From Lytechinus pictus (lineage: Eukaryota): a DNA stretch of 64,000 bases. The stretch spans positions 18,416,001-18,480,000 of the forward strand of contig NC_087252.1 of the NCBI RefSeq assembly GCF_037042905.1. The letters are read 5' to 3'. The position numbers and the translations under genes were made by a program. The first letter of the stretch is position 1. Every line of letters starts with the position of its first letter. Below are positions 38,701 through 49,213 of this stretch, piece by piece. Below the pieces are notes generated by a model that made no database searches, was not told the origin of the DNA, and was given only the letters and a program-made list of their open reading frames with translations.

Positions 38701-41700
38701 ATGGAATTGAGAAGCTTGAAAATTTGTATACCTATTTTTATGTTGACATTGCACAAGGCTTACACTAACAATACAATATTATACCCACTGGTAAAATATT
38801 CTCCCACTTAACGATGCATGAAATGACACACAAACAAACACACACACATTCCCACATATACTTCAGCACTTCTCGATATTTCTTGCTCATAAATTATTTT
38901 CAAAGCAATTTTTGCAAATTTCATTTTCATGCCATAATTCAAAGAGTTTTGTTGTAGAATTTGTGAAAAAGTCCTATTAGTTGACAAGTTGACATGATTG
39001 AAGCGAATCATGAGCTCTGGTTATGGACTTACAAACTGAGAGAAACCAGCTCAACTTGATTATGAAATGTTTATCATATTGGTTGTTTCCATGAGCAAAA
39101 TATGAAAAAGCCTACGAATCAACCACCTCTATAAATTATCATTTTTATTATCTCCATCACAGAATGAAGAACATCCGGAGCTTGAACACATTCTTTCCAA
39201 AGTGAAAGAGAGATCGTAAGTTTTCAGTATGAGTTTTTGGCTTACCAGACCATTCCATTCCAGATGCTAGATGAAATCACTTTATGCCCCTTCATGGTTG
39301 CTATTATGGATTCTAAAATTGCTCGAATGATGGACCTATTTTCATAAACAGGTTAACAGTTCATTTCTATGAATAGACCTCCATTGTAATCCTAAAATTA
39401 TGAGGGGGCATTGAGGCCTCGCACACCCCTCCTCTAATTCTGTTTTGTAATCAGTGCTCCAAAGTTTTGGGCAATGCCACTTCAAAAGCTTTTTATGCCT
39501 CTGCCCTCCGAACGTGGGTGCTGGAGGCATTATATTTTCAGGTTGTCTGTCTGTCTGTCCCGTTTTCCCTATGGCGATACCTTAGAACCATTTGAGAGAT
39601 GGACTTCAAAGTTGTGTCATTTGTGTATATATGTATGCGAGTGACAATACAATTAGATTTGGGGGTCACAAGGTCAAAGGTCGAAGGTTATAGAAGTTAT
39701 TGTATTCATGTAAATGGCTTGTTTTCCTTTAAACATAGAACCAATTGACAAATAAACGTCAAACTCATGACTCGTGTATGCATGTGGGAGTGACAATTAT
39801 CTAATCAGATTTCAACATTTATGAAAGCTAAACGTGAATGTGTGATATATTTTTCAGATCTGGCAATGTTTCTGGGCATCAATTCTGACTGCGTAGTCAA
39901 GAATCCATCTATTTTTTATGCCTCCGCCCACAGAAAAAAATAGGTGGGGTGACACACAGGAAAGATGTGAGACACCTTTTAATCAGGTCAACGAAGCATT
40001 TTTTTCAAACAAGGTGCAGGACGAGATTCCTTGATTTTTGTCGAGTCACAGAGGTGGAAGGAGACTTAAGGCGTCCATCCATCCATCCTCAATGCATATG
40101 CATATGATACTTGAATGATTTTCTGACTATTTGCCCGTTTGTGGTAGATGCTCTATAGGGATGTCAATGTTATTTGAAGTCAAAGGTCACGTATGTAGGC
40201 CAAAGGTCACATGAGGTAAAAAAGAATGATTGCACTCCAACCGGGTGAGATACATTATCATGGCTATCGCATTATTGAATAGCATGAAGTTCCAGTGTTT
40301 TATTTGCTTAATAAGTACAAAACAAATTGAATGTTGATATTGTATTTATACATATTTATTATGTATCCTTTTATTCCCCCACCAGGTCTGAGGACACGAG
40401 TGTAGCACAGCTGGTGCAGTATTTCAGGGAGGATTTCATCAAGGGCAGGAGGTTGAATCTGCCATCAGACCTTGCATCAACAGATGCAGCTATGCAGGGG
40501 GATACGTATAAAATTGTAATCTCCAGGATGGATGTGTTTCAGGGGGTCTTGGATGAGTTCACGGCTACAGGCTACAAGCCACGCCTCCCGTTAGAAGTAC
40601 GATTCATGGGGGAAAGAGGGCAAGATCTGGGTGGCATCAGGAAAGAATTCCTGCGTTTGGCCCTCAATGCTGTGTATGAACGCCTCACCATACCTTACGA
40701 GGGAAGGATCCTCATTGAGGATTACGCAGGCATGTGTGTCAATAAGGCTTTCCTGGCAGCTGGGATAGTAATAGGTAAGTTCAGTGTATGAAACTTACAT
40801 GTATGCTATGGGATTAACCCTTCAGAGATAATTGAATGAATGCAAAAATGTAAGAGACATAGGAATGAACGCTTCAGAAAAATCAGACAAATGAGATTGA
40901 TATAAATTTCTTGAATATGGGAGCAATAAATGATATGGAGATCTTCCCATGGGCAATAGTACCATGATGTGGTTATTATTGAAACATTGGGAGAGAAGTT
41001 TCCCATTTCTTTTTGTACACTTAGTTTTAATTATTAGGTTTCTCATTTTAAAAATTATAATTTCTATGTAAGCATGCTCAACCCATAGTAGTAGTAGTAG
41101 AAAATGCTAGTCTCTATCCACTATTGGTCAGAAGCAACCCACTGAGAACATTGAGGGTATAAAATATCATGAAATTAACTTACAAAATGTGCTGGAAAAG
41201 AAGCTCAAATGTCTTAAGTACTCAGTTTTCATTCTCGAAGCTGGATTTTCGAATTGTACTTGGTCCTGAGGTTTGTTTACATTCCTTAATTATCCTCTAA
41301 GTATTTTAGATATAAAGTAGCCTGCATGGCCTACACATAATAAACATGCAATGCATCTTGTTACTCTACTTTATGCTTCAAATCCAGGAGGCCGTATGTA
41401 TTGCTAAAACTGTTATTTAACACTCATTTTACGTGAAGAATGAAAGCAGTTATTCATAACAGCCTTTTGGTTACTGTGTATATTACTGCAGGTCAATGCA
41501 TTATGCAAGATGGCCCAAAACCAAATGTCCTGGCAAAGGAACTGGTTAACCGGCTAGTGGAAGGATCATGCACTACTCAGAGTGAACAACAGCTGCTTGA
41601 AGGGATGCAGAAGACAGGGATTCTGGAAGTAAGTCTTCATTTTATTGCACTTATGTATTTTTTATGCCTCCGCCCACCAAAGATGGTTGCCGGAGGCACT

Positions 41701-44700
41701 ATGTTCTCATGTAGTCCATCCCGCTTTCGTTCTTGCGATAACTCAAAAACTATTCAATGGATCAACTTCAAACTTGGTAATGGTATAAATATCGGGATGA
41801 GAATGAGCTGATTAGTTTTTGGGTTCCCATGGTGAAAGGTGAAGGTCACACAATTCAATAAAATACATATAAACGGGCTGGTCTCGTGATAACTCAACAA
41901 CCATTCAACAGATCAACTTTAAACTTTGCTTGAGTATACAAATTTGGATGACGATGAATTTTAGGATTCCCAAGGTCACAGAATTCAATGAAATATATAA
42001 AAAAGGGCCATTTTTGCGATAAGTCCAAAACCCTCTTATGGATCAAACTCGGCTCATGTGTGCATATACAAGTGACAATGCTATCATATGTCTAGATTTT
42101 GGGGTAATATCAAAGATAAAGGTCACAGAATTCAATAAAATACATAAAAATGGCTTGTTCCTTGCAATAAGTGCAGAACTGTCAAACAAATCAGCTTCAA
42201 ACTTTTTTTTTCATTTCTGTATTAATATAATAGAATGTATTTACAATATGGTACAATTACAACGATCTTCATGTAGATGTCTAATATATGTAGGAAAAAA
42301 AGAAGGGAAAAAATGCTAATTTGTTGAGTCATTAGAATTGGGAACAAAGAAAGCATGAAAGAGTCATTAGAATTGGGAAAAAAGAAAGCGTGAAAGAAGA
42401 ACAAGGGAAACATGCCTCACGTTAGCATATCAGAGTGAGAATGAATTGATAGGACTATTGGTCTCAAGGTTGAATTTATAAGGTCGCAAAATACAATATA
42501 ATACCTCAAAATGACTTGTTCTCACTATAACTGAAAAGTAATTTGACAGATCAACTTCAAATTTGGTGCATGTATGACTACACAAGTGATGATGAATTGA
42601 CTTGATTTGGGGAATCTTGAGGTCAAAGATCAAGGTCACAGAGTTTGACTAAATACCTTAAAATGTTCATGCAATATTACTGAAAAATAATGTAACAGGT
42701 CAAATTCAAACTTGTCTCATGTATACTCTAATGATTAACAATTATATGATTAGATTTGGGAGTTGCAAGATCAATGTCAAAGTGAAAGATCAAGGTCAAA
42801 GTGTAGTAGGTAATGATGTTTATGAAAATAGAAAACTAGGCCATATATCTGTGGTCTGGCAATGGCGGAGGCATTCATTTCATCTGCGCGCACTCAAAGA
42901 TTAATCTAGTTTTATATTGAATAATTTGAACAGCACCTTGAAAATTGAAAGAGCAGTTATGTTGATATTTAGCCTTATATTTCTGGGAGCGAGTTCGCTC
43001 AGTCGGTAAAGCGTCTTTTGGGGTTCGAGTTCACCCAGGCAAATGAATGAAGAGTAGGGAGAAACCCTGGTGTAGTGGTCCACTTGCATACCCCCCTAAT
43101 CAGTTATATCAGGGGGAGAGACATGCGGATCACAGTGATTTAGTTCCCTTTTTTCCTCAGGAGATGCAATTGCACAAATTGTCTTAATTGGGTTATTTTT
43201 TCTTGTTTCCTAAAACTCAATTTGGGCTTTAGAATTATTAGGATTAGAAATAATCACAGCTTTTATATTGATGTCTTCTTGTTTGTTTGATTTTAACAGC
43301 TTATTAGGAAATTTCCCAAATGTAGGGAACTATTAGAATTCAGTGAAGAGCCTAGGGTGCTAGAGTCCCAAGAGCTGGTGGATTCTTTTGTCCCAAATTT
43401 TTCAGAAGAAGGCAGCAACGTCAGACAGCAAGAAGAGATAGTTTATGGCCACTTCATCCGCTTTATCAGGGAGGTTGAAGGTAAATAAGCGATGATTCTA
43501 GATTGGGTCAGTCTGTAACATAGGCTTATATTACACCAAAATAATCTGTCAGAGACCAACCACAAACTTTTTTATTGCGGCTTTTAATTTGTAAGTCAGA
43601 ACAGTAGAGTTTACTAAACTTCTTGTGAAGAAAATACTGTAAGAAAGCTTACTATGCGAAATTATTCACTAAAAATTCTAGATATTTTTAAGATATAAAT
43701 TGTATTAATGATCATTTGTAACATAAGCAGTAAACACATGCCAAATTTCCTTCTTGTCCCAGATTTCCGTCATAAAAAGCTCAAATAGCCCAGTTCAGTT
43801 AGGGATAAACGGGAAACAGATGTATTACAGTTTGACAGATACATCTATGAGAGTTGATCTTTTAAAACTTCCAAAAGTATTCGAAGAAAAAAAAAGATAT
43901 TGAAGAACCCTCTTCCCTGTTATTTTTTGCCGTAATTATAGAAGAGGCATGTCCAAAAGCACAAGGGTTTTCATATTGTGACAATATTTAGGTTTAATTC
44001 CTTGATTTGTGTCATATTTAACCATATAAATGTCCATAAATCACAATGGCCTTTCCAATTATTTTTTTTTATCTTTCATTGTTATTGATTTCCTTGAGAC
44101 CCCAAACCATCAATGGACATTCATGTTCTGCATTGGATAAAAAAATACACTTGAATGAAATTTACTTGGGTTCTTTGGATATTCTGCTGAAGGGAATAAA
44201 GTGAATACTATTAGTTATTATATACCTCATATTAAGATTCTTATCACGGATTGGTCAAAAGTACATCATGTGACCAGGTGTAGATCCACCTATGATTATC
44301 TGAGGGTTTTTACTTTCTATCCATTGAAAAGTAGTTCAAATGATAGTATGGTGAAACCTGTGGATAGTAGGGCAAAACCCTTGGACAGAAACCCTTGCAC
44401 CTAAGATGAAACCCCTCCACACACAGTGCATGTAGAAGACTTTTCTTTATACTAGATATGGTCAAGGTCTAGATAACTATTTATGGTCTAGACTAGATGT
44501 TAGAATTTTTAGCTGCAACATTATTGATGAAGTATATAAAACAAACATCGACTGCTCTATATTCGGATGTTGAGAACATCATTCCCTCAGTGCTTTTCAC
44601 ACCAGCCCTTATATCACCTCTTGGCCAAGGCCTCGAAGGGCTGGTATGAAAAGCACATCAGAGAGTGAAATTTCCACCGAGCATCCTCATGAGCAGTCAA

Positions 44701-45637
44701 TATTTGTGTACTCCCTGCTTGTTCATGAAATATGGGCAAATATCTGCGGCTCCGGCCTCATGAAATATGGCACCAGACCATTGATATTTCTCGTATTTCG
44801 TAACAATAAGCAGGGGGGGGGGGTAACAATTTTATCTTTTTAAGTGTAGGTCTACATAAATTCTGTAGTATAATCTCATTGGTAAAGTTACGATGAAAAC
44901 TTTTGTATTTTTTCCATGTTGTAAGGACATTGCCCTTTTCCAATTTTCGAAAATCGGTTATAATATTCTTATATAGAGTGGGATTATTTTCTAATTGGTG
45001 TACAGACACTTATGACAACCTTAGTCACTGACTTGTAACATTGAATGAGGAGATACACATTTTCTAAAGATTTAAGGCTATTTTATTACAAGAAATTCCC
45101 AAAAATGAATAATAAAAAAAAATGAATTTCACCGAGAGTGACCCGAAAATGGCAAAAATCTAATTATATGGGCGAAAAAACGTAACTTTCCCAACATTTT
45201 AGATACCTGGCTATAACTAAAGAATTAAGGAAGAGTGCTAATGAATCTCAATTTTCAGCATTTTTTCATGTTCTGGCATGGAATTGCCCAATCCATATTT
45301 CTCAAACTTTGGTTGATTTACACAATTTAACACTTTTCTTCTTACAGCGGGCAATCAACACGCCAATGGAAAAGAGGAGGAAGAAATATTGACACTCGAA
45401 CATATCGTGAGATTTGTAACTGGATTGTCCAACAAACCAGTGTGTGGGTGGCAACCGCCACTGAGTGTAGCGTTTGTCAGACAGGACATGTCAACAGTGG
45501 GCATCGGGGCATCCACCTGCTCTCATGAATTGCATCTTCCTATTCCTCGGAATCACACACAATCTCTACCCTCTAGGAATGTTTTCTTTTCGCTATTTTG
45601 CGCATCCTTCCCTGATGAGTTTTTTGGAAAGGATTAA
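14798..45637 (+). CDS. Transposon-encoded HECT-domain E3 ubiquitin ligase-like protein (G2E3-like), 701 aa. Exons: 14798-15120, 27474-27548, 28599-28635, 31013-31055, 33200-33368, 34671-34947, 35753-35809, 37979-38053, 39163-39215, 40386-40774, 41492-41628, 43300-43480, 45348-45637
   Basis: 13 AG/GT exons with compatible phases sum to 2106 nt with no stop. HECT motifs: LEVRFMGERGQDLGGIRKEFLRL, FSEEGSNVRQQEE, LEHIVRFVTG, catalytic ASTCSHELHLP, C-terminal FFGKD. Zn-finger CVLC..H..C. Small 5' exons are less certain. Confidence 0.82.
15722..15989 (-). repeat. 3' LTR (268 bp)
   Basis: No differences from 25906-26173 found by eye. Confidence 0.97.
15990..16003 (-). promoter_or_regulatory. Polypurine tract
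   Basis: Minus strand agggtggggggaag abuts the 3' LTR. Confidence 0.85.
16105..16330. repeat. T/C-rich low-complexity tract in the Gypsy 3' UTR
   Basis: Repeated (ga)tcttttttt units. Confidence 0.8.
16673..17995 (-). CDS. ORF3: TatD-family DNase with acidic/Pro-rich and basic N-terminal extension
   Basis: FDAHFH, VGIHP, SELGLDW, LVLHLR, IHLHCF, LLIETDAPYL; ATG at 17995 just after a polypyrimidine-AG acceptor (about 18003). Confidence 0.92.
   Translation of the reverse strand: MEREEILLPPGVELTDIEVDVGSAPEEALPEPPSEAEPTKIECMQQASETRSEDPPPAPAGADARKKEFSEAELAKKKRELNRRRKERAKRAKKTKKLAQGPLPGTNAGPSTSGGLTVGVGRGRGLLSTWPRPPHPVECSSIGRGRGITPKMLEEALGESPRPLRAFDAHFHPDRIKIRKGKTELQGQPLHPVEVVGGVWNFCDPVRYSAPGFLDRVFDELPEGYAVAVGIHPKQAYGLKRYYLEALRSALADPRVRGLSELGLDWSTDDSEWGAQEQLFEQLLGLSTGRVLVLHLRGANGSRPGNEPIPRAVHKLARDAIRRRCPAAQRIHLHCFMGSPDIVDEWTSAFRYAYFGVTGSASYYNGANAKLKRLGIRSIPGNRLLIETDAPYLPVRPRHGWQTEAFIGDVGQVVASIRGVPLPEFLDQTTINARELYCLK
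18144..22271 (-). CDS. pol: Pol (protease, RT, RNase H, integrase, C-terminal PHD finger), likely expressed by -1 frameshift
   Basis: LDTAA; WCIDYRKLN, MGFGLCNAPATFQR, FLDD; LDTDAS, TDHGSL; H..H..C..C, LDFMG / TDQG / VERAN; YCFC..ICCDEC.EWYHGAC..WFCPPC. Frame is open up to 22301. Confidence 0.96.
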   Translation of the reverse strand, partial: GKWTGIGGDGESPIRSEIPSPAIPIPLKGSLMPQDRGNQRAPDSQASPGSPKFSKVTEHPWRNPPWPPDISGDVKDQEVEEVICRIVSTSTLSVELAVSKEPITSVLDTAAAVTIISDRLFHRLQPRPPILKRVVLKGAGRDMTMDGIVIGPIKLQLGNQILNEEIHVAPIADEMLFGVDLLRKHNANISIPNAILTLNGENLPIIQREDSGSTAEVCVDKGVCVPPCSVRRVKCSVALNSSPFLVEPLPFLPIPVLIPRSLHESKKDTEVFLINSSDMTYKLRRGDMIGKAYQVSVIEPEIEPSEDVTVRSINTVKASDSDIPPHLLDLWGRSNEGLAPEEQEELRGLLLKYQSVFAKDEFDLGGFNEVTHSIDTGDARPIKQKMRRTPLNFIQEEQAHLDKMLAAGVIQPSMSEWASPPVLVRKKDGGVRWCIDYRKLNNVTKKDVYPLPCIEECLDTLAGNKWFSKLDANAAYWQIKVNEADRDKTAFVTKHGLYEFVRMGFGLCNAPATFQRVMNLVLRGLTWDVALAFLDDILVLGKSFPDHIKNLEAVLRRFKDYRLKLKPKKCALFQRKVEFLGREVDATGLHLPEENIQRVVDWPTPTSTKEVEQFLGLANYHRVFMKDYARVAGPLYELTGNHAFSWTEFHQEAFEQIKALLTSAPVLTLPNAHDPFILDTDASSTAIGAELLQVQNGEEKVIAYGSLSLSPQQRNYCVTRRELLALVLFCRQYRHYLLGRPFTVRTDHGSLTWLLNFKTPTGQLSRWLEELGQYNMKIEHRPGRRHSNADSLSRIPDTESVCEGYEHGVRLQDLPCGGCSYCTKRHKEWAHFVDCVDDVVPLSQSQRVSNVAVEETFPVTHMEILFNKANSFEIRSISVDPTEVAEEPPSDNLVKQEQEKNQVLVPLREWLTNKKELDEGTLFLLPPEGKFLWTNRELFYFKEGVIWMKKDVGDVIVIPESLRHDIIRLNHDPPSAGHAGINRTRAKLKSKYYWYRMSEDIRIYIARCATCNQNKKATRPGRHPMKSFHASAPMERVHLDFMGPLPKTTNGNENILVMVDQFTKWVECVPLPSQTAEMTAHAAVSSFFCRFGYPFQIFTDQGRNFESTLFKDMCRVLDIHKSKTTAFRPQANSQVERANRTVMDAVRCYVSKSQRDWDRHLQQIAGAIRSSVNRTTGFTPNKLMLGREVNLPSDLVFSVPQPAQEQTKEEYVAELTCAMRNAHISARAAIKSAQRKMKRDYDIKQYTREFEVNDRVYIRDTACAKGKSRKLNPPWKGPAIIVEKRSPYLYRVAFRKTIATYNHDRLKKCTDQSKAVIETPGKDKLYCFCRKPDDGSLMICCDECNEWYHGACVGITETEGLENVKWFCPPCTKRR
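22190..22271 (-). promoter_or_regulatory. -1 ribosomal frameshift signal (G GGA AAU plus GC-rich downstream structure)
   Basis: Slippery heptamer at 22265-22271 in the gag frame; the -1 frame is pol; followed by gggatcgg...ccgatcc and further complementary G/C runs. Confidence 0.8.
22190..24520 (-). CDS. gag: Gag with N-terminal helix-hairpin-helix, P/Q/G-rich region, capsid-like domain and CCHC knuckle
   Basis: aagATGG start at 24520; KINLCSSEELMSLPGVGMATANRIL (ComEA-type HhH); FDGKGSWAAFYSKF; CFNCGEEGHFSRAC. Confidence 0.92.
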   Translation of the reverse strand: MASNIPRIKINLCSSEELMSLPGVGMATANRILHAREAADLTPDTFLSIPHIPKAELLVYAFDYEPTTTAHNVDRREVRSEGDEPSTSVPLIPSKEPPVSQAFEAWPQHTHAHSAQGAVGQSSQTQAGEAPSFFTGGRPGGAFTQQPSASPEDRAKSLWANQFGFSGWNDGLFPPQGPHQVTPPGSQFQCGPRAQVATPPGPQFQFGPHAQVDLHGQAPGTQGGRPAMFNQTTQTPPHSYPQAVPHFTQAQYEEMYGVMFRMMQMMPFGGTGQPAPPYCNPAAAYGGYCPPWAGGRYPPHYPNTVAPQTSPQGPCDLQYRGSNPVYQGAGPQGDGQGGPVYSEHRDTTRPSVSPGYRGLSTRNQPPRVTRLTSASRPVVPEYDDRRPPSRPTSLPKTISFDGKGSWAAFYSKFQLYTERHGMSDADKKYQLCLALEAEASKFMALIQESNPNIAFSDLVTKLEKRFALQDEPEVTRMQFQSAFQRSDEDIIKWADRLMTLAGQAFVGLPDKFVQELVVARFCQGAQDKDAGHHVLTSRPGTLDEAMTKYKWFQFTQKTMHTHGPRSRKEVRQLSMGDGDSDLRVQKLSPPEAAKKGNSSLEARLSALEAQNAVWASKMDSMVAAITDLSRSTKELLSVSGGRSRYPSDRTPDRQKYTSGRVPGTPDRPKYTYGRAPGTPDRPRFNSNLTPDRSVGGRRPFFGPSPTTTDRQRNFTGCFNCGEEGHFSRACPMGRSPVNSRQVRAVTFEEEGNGQGSAEMGSPRSDQRSPPPPSPFH
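25005..25305. repeat. (CAG)n/(CAA)-rich repeats in the ~1.35-kb Gypsy 5' leader
   Basis: Several cagcagcagca runs and a duplicated aaaatattcaatacagcagcagcagcaacaa. Confidence 0.8.
25892..25904 (-). promoter_or_regulatory. Primer binding site complementary to the tRNA-Ser(GCU) 3' end
   Basis: TGGCGACGAGGAT, 1 nt after the 5' LTR; complement of ...AUCCUCGUCGCCA. Confidence 0.85.
25906..26173 (-). repeat. 5' LTR (268 bp)
   Basis: Element strand 5'-TATAGTG...CTCTTTA-3'. Confidence 0.97.
28814..29382. mobile_element. MITE with ~45-bp TIRs
   Basis: ccggG(n)cacttccattgatgagtggataccatgagcgacca vs tggtcgcgcatggtatccactcttcaatgtaagtggtC(n)tcggg. Confidence 0.8.
29502..29646. mobile_element. ~145-bp palindromic MITE
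   Basis: gggcccctttgcataaaagttac...gtaacttttatgcaacgggccc. Confidence 0.75.
31211..32463 (+). mobile_element. Helentron/HINE-like (Tsp/pearl-like) elements, two nested or tandem copies
   Basis: ttttatgcctc(t/c)gccc...ggcattatgttt heads at 31211 and 31774, tccg microsatellite, aggtcaaaggtca core repeats, tail ggcggaggcata...catctagtt. Confidence 0.65.
39490..39915 (+). mobile_element. HINE-like element, same family
   Basis: ttttatgcctctgccc...ggaggcatt head, (tctg)n, aaggtcaaaggtc, tail catctattt. Confidence 0.6.
41657..42912 (+). mobile_element. HINE-like element, same family
   Basis: ttttatgcctccgcccacc...ggaggcact head; repeated gatcaacttcaaacttgg / aggtcacagaattcaat units; tail ggcggaggcattc...atctagtt. 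Confidence 0.65.
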
Positions 45638-45935
45638 TCCTTGCACCATCAAAATCCAGTCCGAAGAAAGCCCCTAAAAAAATCCCCTCCCCAAGTAGGG
45701 ATTATAGATGCTGCCAAAACATTCCATGTTGATAACTCATTGTTCTGTTGCAATTTTGCCAAAGATTGGCTGTTTTCTTGCCTGGAAATATATTTTGATA
45801 GACATGTATTACTAAACATAGTAATACAGTACAGTTTTATGAAACCTAATTTGTAAAAAAGATTTTGTTATGCCTCCAGATGGTTACATGTGGATCTTTT
45901 GGGGCGGGGAAGTTCTTGGGTACGTCTGTCTATAG

Positions 45936-46430
45936 GTAGGGGAAGGCGGGGTAAGTTGTGACACTTTTTGCATTTTGCATGATAGAATTGATATGACTAA
46001 TAATATGATAGAAATAAGTACCTTGCCTTTAGATATGATTCTTGGGAAATCTTTTTCACCTATATACGACTTTCTACCCCCACTCTGAAAGTCGTTGTGA
46101 CCTTTGAAAAAAATGATGTCAAGTGGCACAACTTGCCCCATCTATGGGGTAAGTTGTGCCACCTTCGAGGGTAAGTTGAGCCACAAAAACTGTGTACAAA
46201 ATGTATGCGGGAAGAACCAGCATGTCAGTTTTTTATTTAAAGTCTTTTCACTTACTAATTCTCTAAAAATATTAACATTCTGTAAAAGTAAAAGAACTGT
46301 CATGTGCATTTGCTCTATTCTGCCTGCATATCGATGGCTTTTTAAGGTTTGATTGTGTTTTTATTTACATTACCAAAATAATTACCATGGCTCAACTTGC
46401 CCCATGTTTGCTGGCTAAACTTACCCCAGT
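45936..46430. mobile_element. MITE with ggggtaagttg / caacttgcccc repeats
   Basis: gtaggggaaggcggggtaagttgtg at the left; inverted aacttgcccc and aaacttacccc at the right. Confidence 0.5.
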
Positions 46431-48329
46431 CCGAACTTAATGCGATAATTTCGCATCCACACATTTCTTATGTATCCATCATGTAAAAGACTGTGACAAG
46501 AATGAAGATCCATACCTGGACTGACAATGTTCTTATGTATTATTATATGTAAAGAAGTGTGTGTGTGTAAAAAACACTTATCTTTTTCACACCCTTTTTT
46601 ACATTTTTGGCTGAAATTTGTATTTTTCCCTCTAAAAAAAAGTACTTTTTGTTTCAAAGTTGAAAACAATGCGGTGGGGTTAAGGGTTATGTAATGGGTC
46701 ATCAATACATGACACCACCATAATGTCTGACTCATTCATTACAAAAAGTATGGGAGCTCTTTCTATTTCAGACTTTTTCAATACTCTTCAGCTTTTTTCA
46801 GATCTTTTTATTTGTGATCACTCACACCCCTGATTTAATTCAAAAGGTCAGGCTATTTTGTGATCTCAGATCTATTTCCATCTTGTACCTACCTCTGTAC
46901 CTACCTCTGTCATTTCTGAAATATTCTTGTGTGTTTATTATGCAACCAAATATCTCATTACCTGTGTTTATCAATACTGTATCAAGGACTAAATATTTTA
47001 AATAGTTGAAAATAGTAAATATAGTGGGAGAATGCAAAATGACACAAATTCTTTGTCACTTTCATCAAGACTGCTGTAAACTATATTTCACTCTCCTTCA
47101 ATCGACCCTTTGCTCTGGTGGTATCCTTGATTAGTTTGAATCAAGTCAACGTACACTTGCAGGTCCGATTGGTGAGCTTGAGATTTTGTTGTGTACATGG
47201 AAATGTACAATGATCAGTCCTGTGCAAATGCACCTCAAAAGTGCCATTTTTGCCAAAAATTCAATAAGCAGCAATATTAAGTTTCAAAGGCTTAATACCA
47301 TAAAAAGTGTGTGACATATCCTTAATTTTTATCTTTACCTTGTATTCTATGTATATGTATTGCCATTTTACTCCAATAGTATTCAGTTATGAGTGTGCCA
47401 TATACTTGTGTTATATATTATGTGTCTCTTCAAATGCCTAAAAATATACAGTGCAAGGATGCAAGATCTTGCACATTAACAGTTGACAACCAAGTAATCA
47501 AGGTCATTCACTGTACAAACCCTGGCCTGCCATATCCATTGTGATTTATCATGAACTCGTCAAGACAAAAAACAATTTCTAAAGAGTATATCTTTTCACT
47601 AATCCCTAAGTGGATAGCCCACCTAATTTTCATGTCTTTTACAATAATGGGCAGTGCTCACTCAAGCATAAAACATTTTCTGACTTTTTTTTTAGCTATC
47701 CATATATATATAAAAATTTCCCCAAAATTCGATATAAAGAATTTTATTTAGGGGGCCATTTAAAAAGTGTATCGTTTTTTGGGGGGACACTCTGTAAAAT
47801 GCTTCCCAGAAAAAACGAAGCCAAGATTTATTGATGTTTAATCATACCTTAGTCACAATTATGTTTGATATTTGATACATATTTGTAAAGCTTGGCTCCT
47901 CTTCTTCCATTTGATGCCATTCATAGGATACATAATTCAAGCATGAGTAAATAAAGCTCCAAATATGCTTATTTTTTGTCTAGACACTCTGTTAGTATTC
48001 GCAGCAAATTTACATATACAGTGGAGGCTTGGTATAACGAGGTCCTTGGGACCATCAAAATCTTGTTATAGCAGGAATCATAGGCAGCGGAAGCAGGGGG
48101 GATCTCTTTATACCGAGTTTCCACTGTACTTGAAAAAAAAATGGTATCAAAAAAGATTTGTTATTTATTGTATTTTAAATGTTTTATGTTGTATTTGTTT
48201 TTTTTTTACCTCTTTGTCACCTCATTGTTTTTTTGATGAAACTTGTAAGGGAGACTTTTGCAATCATACATAGCGTAACATTCATTAGTTCTAAATATCT
48301 CATTCTTTGTCACTTTGGATATGTTTTGG

Positions 48330-49213
48330 TATCACATCAGTTGATTTGGTAAGAGGCAAGTATGCATTAAACCATGTGAAGAACATCTCATTAAGTTTTG
48401 TGAAAGTATTTGTTGGCTCTTAATGTAAGAACAACAGCCTTGTACATGCGTTATTTGTATTACATCAGTTGATTTGGTAATAAACTGTAACTCTGAATTC
48501 TTCTTGAGTCACAATATAGTTTTGCCTTCCTAGTTTTGTAAGAGGCGAGTATGCATTAAACCATGTGAAGAACATCTCATTAAGTTTTGTGAAAGTATTT
48601 GTTGGCTGATAATGTAAGAACAACAGCCTTGTACATGCGTTATTTGTAGTTTTGTATCACATCAGTTGATTTGGTAATAAACTGTAACTCTGAATTCTTC
48701 TTGAGTCACAATATGGTTTTGCCTTCCTAGTTTTGTAAGAGGCGAGTATGCATTAAACCATGTGAAGAACATCTCATTAAGTTTTGTGAAAGTATTTGTT
48801 GGCTGATAATGTAAGAACAACAGCCTTGTACATGCGTTATTTGTAGTTTTGTATCACATCAGTTGATTTGGTAATAAACTGTAACTCTGAATTCTTCTTG
48901 AGTCACAATATGGTTTTGCCTTCCTAGTTTTGTAAGAGGCGAGTATGCATTAAACCATGTGAAGAACATCTCATTAAGTTTTGTGAAAGTATTTGTTGGC
49001 TGATAATGTAAGAACAACAGCCTTGTACATGCGTTATTTGTAGTTTTGTATCACATCAGTTGATTTGGTAATAAACTGTAACTCTGAATTCTTCTTGAGT
49101 CACATTATTGTTTTGCCTTCCTAGTTTTGTAAGAGGCGAGTATGCATTAAACCATGTGAAGAACATCTCATTAAGTTTTGTGAAATTATTTGTTGGCTCA
49201 TAATTTGAGAACA
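48330..49213. repeat. Tandem repeat, 197-bp unit, ~4.5 copies
   Basis: atcagttgatttggtaa recurs at 48661, 48858 and 49055 (period 197), plus shorter earlier copies. Confidence 0.95.

Noticed and set aside
42983..43150. tRNA gene
   Set aside because: Only degenerate A/B-box-like motifs, no cloverleaf; at most a SINE remnant
48330..49213. CRISPR-like array
   Set aside because: Whole units repeat, no unique spacers, no cas genes, eukaryotic context
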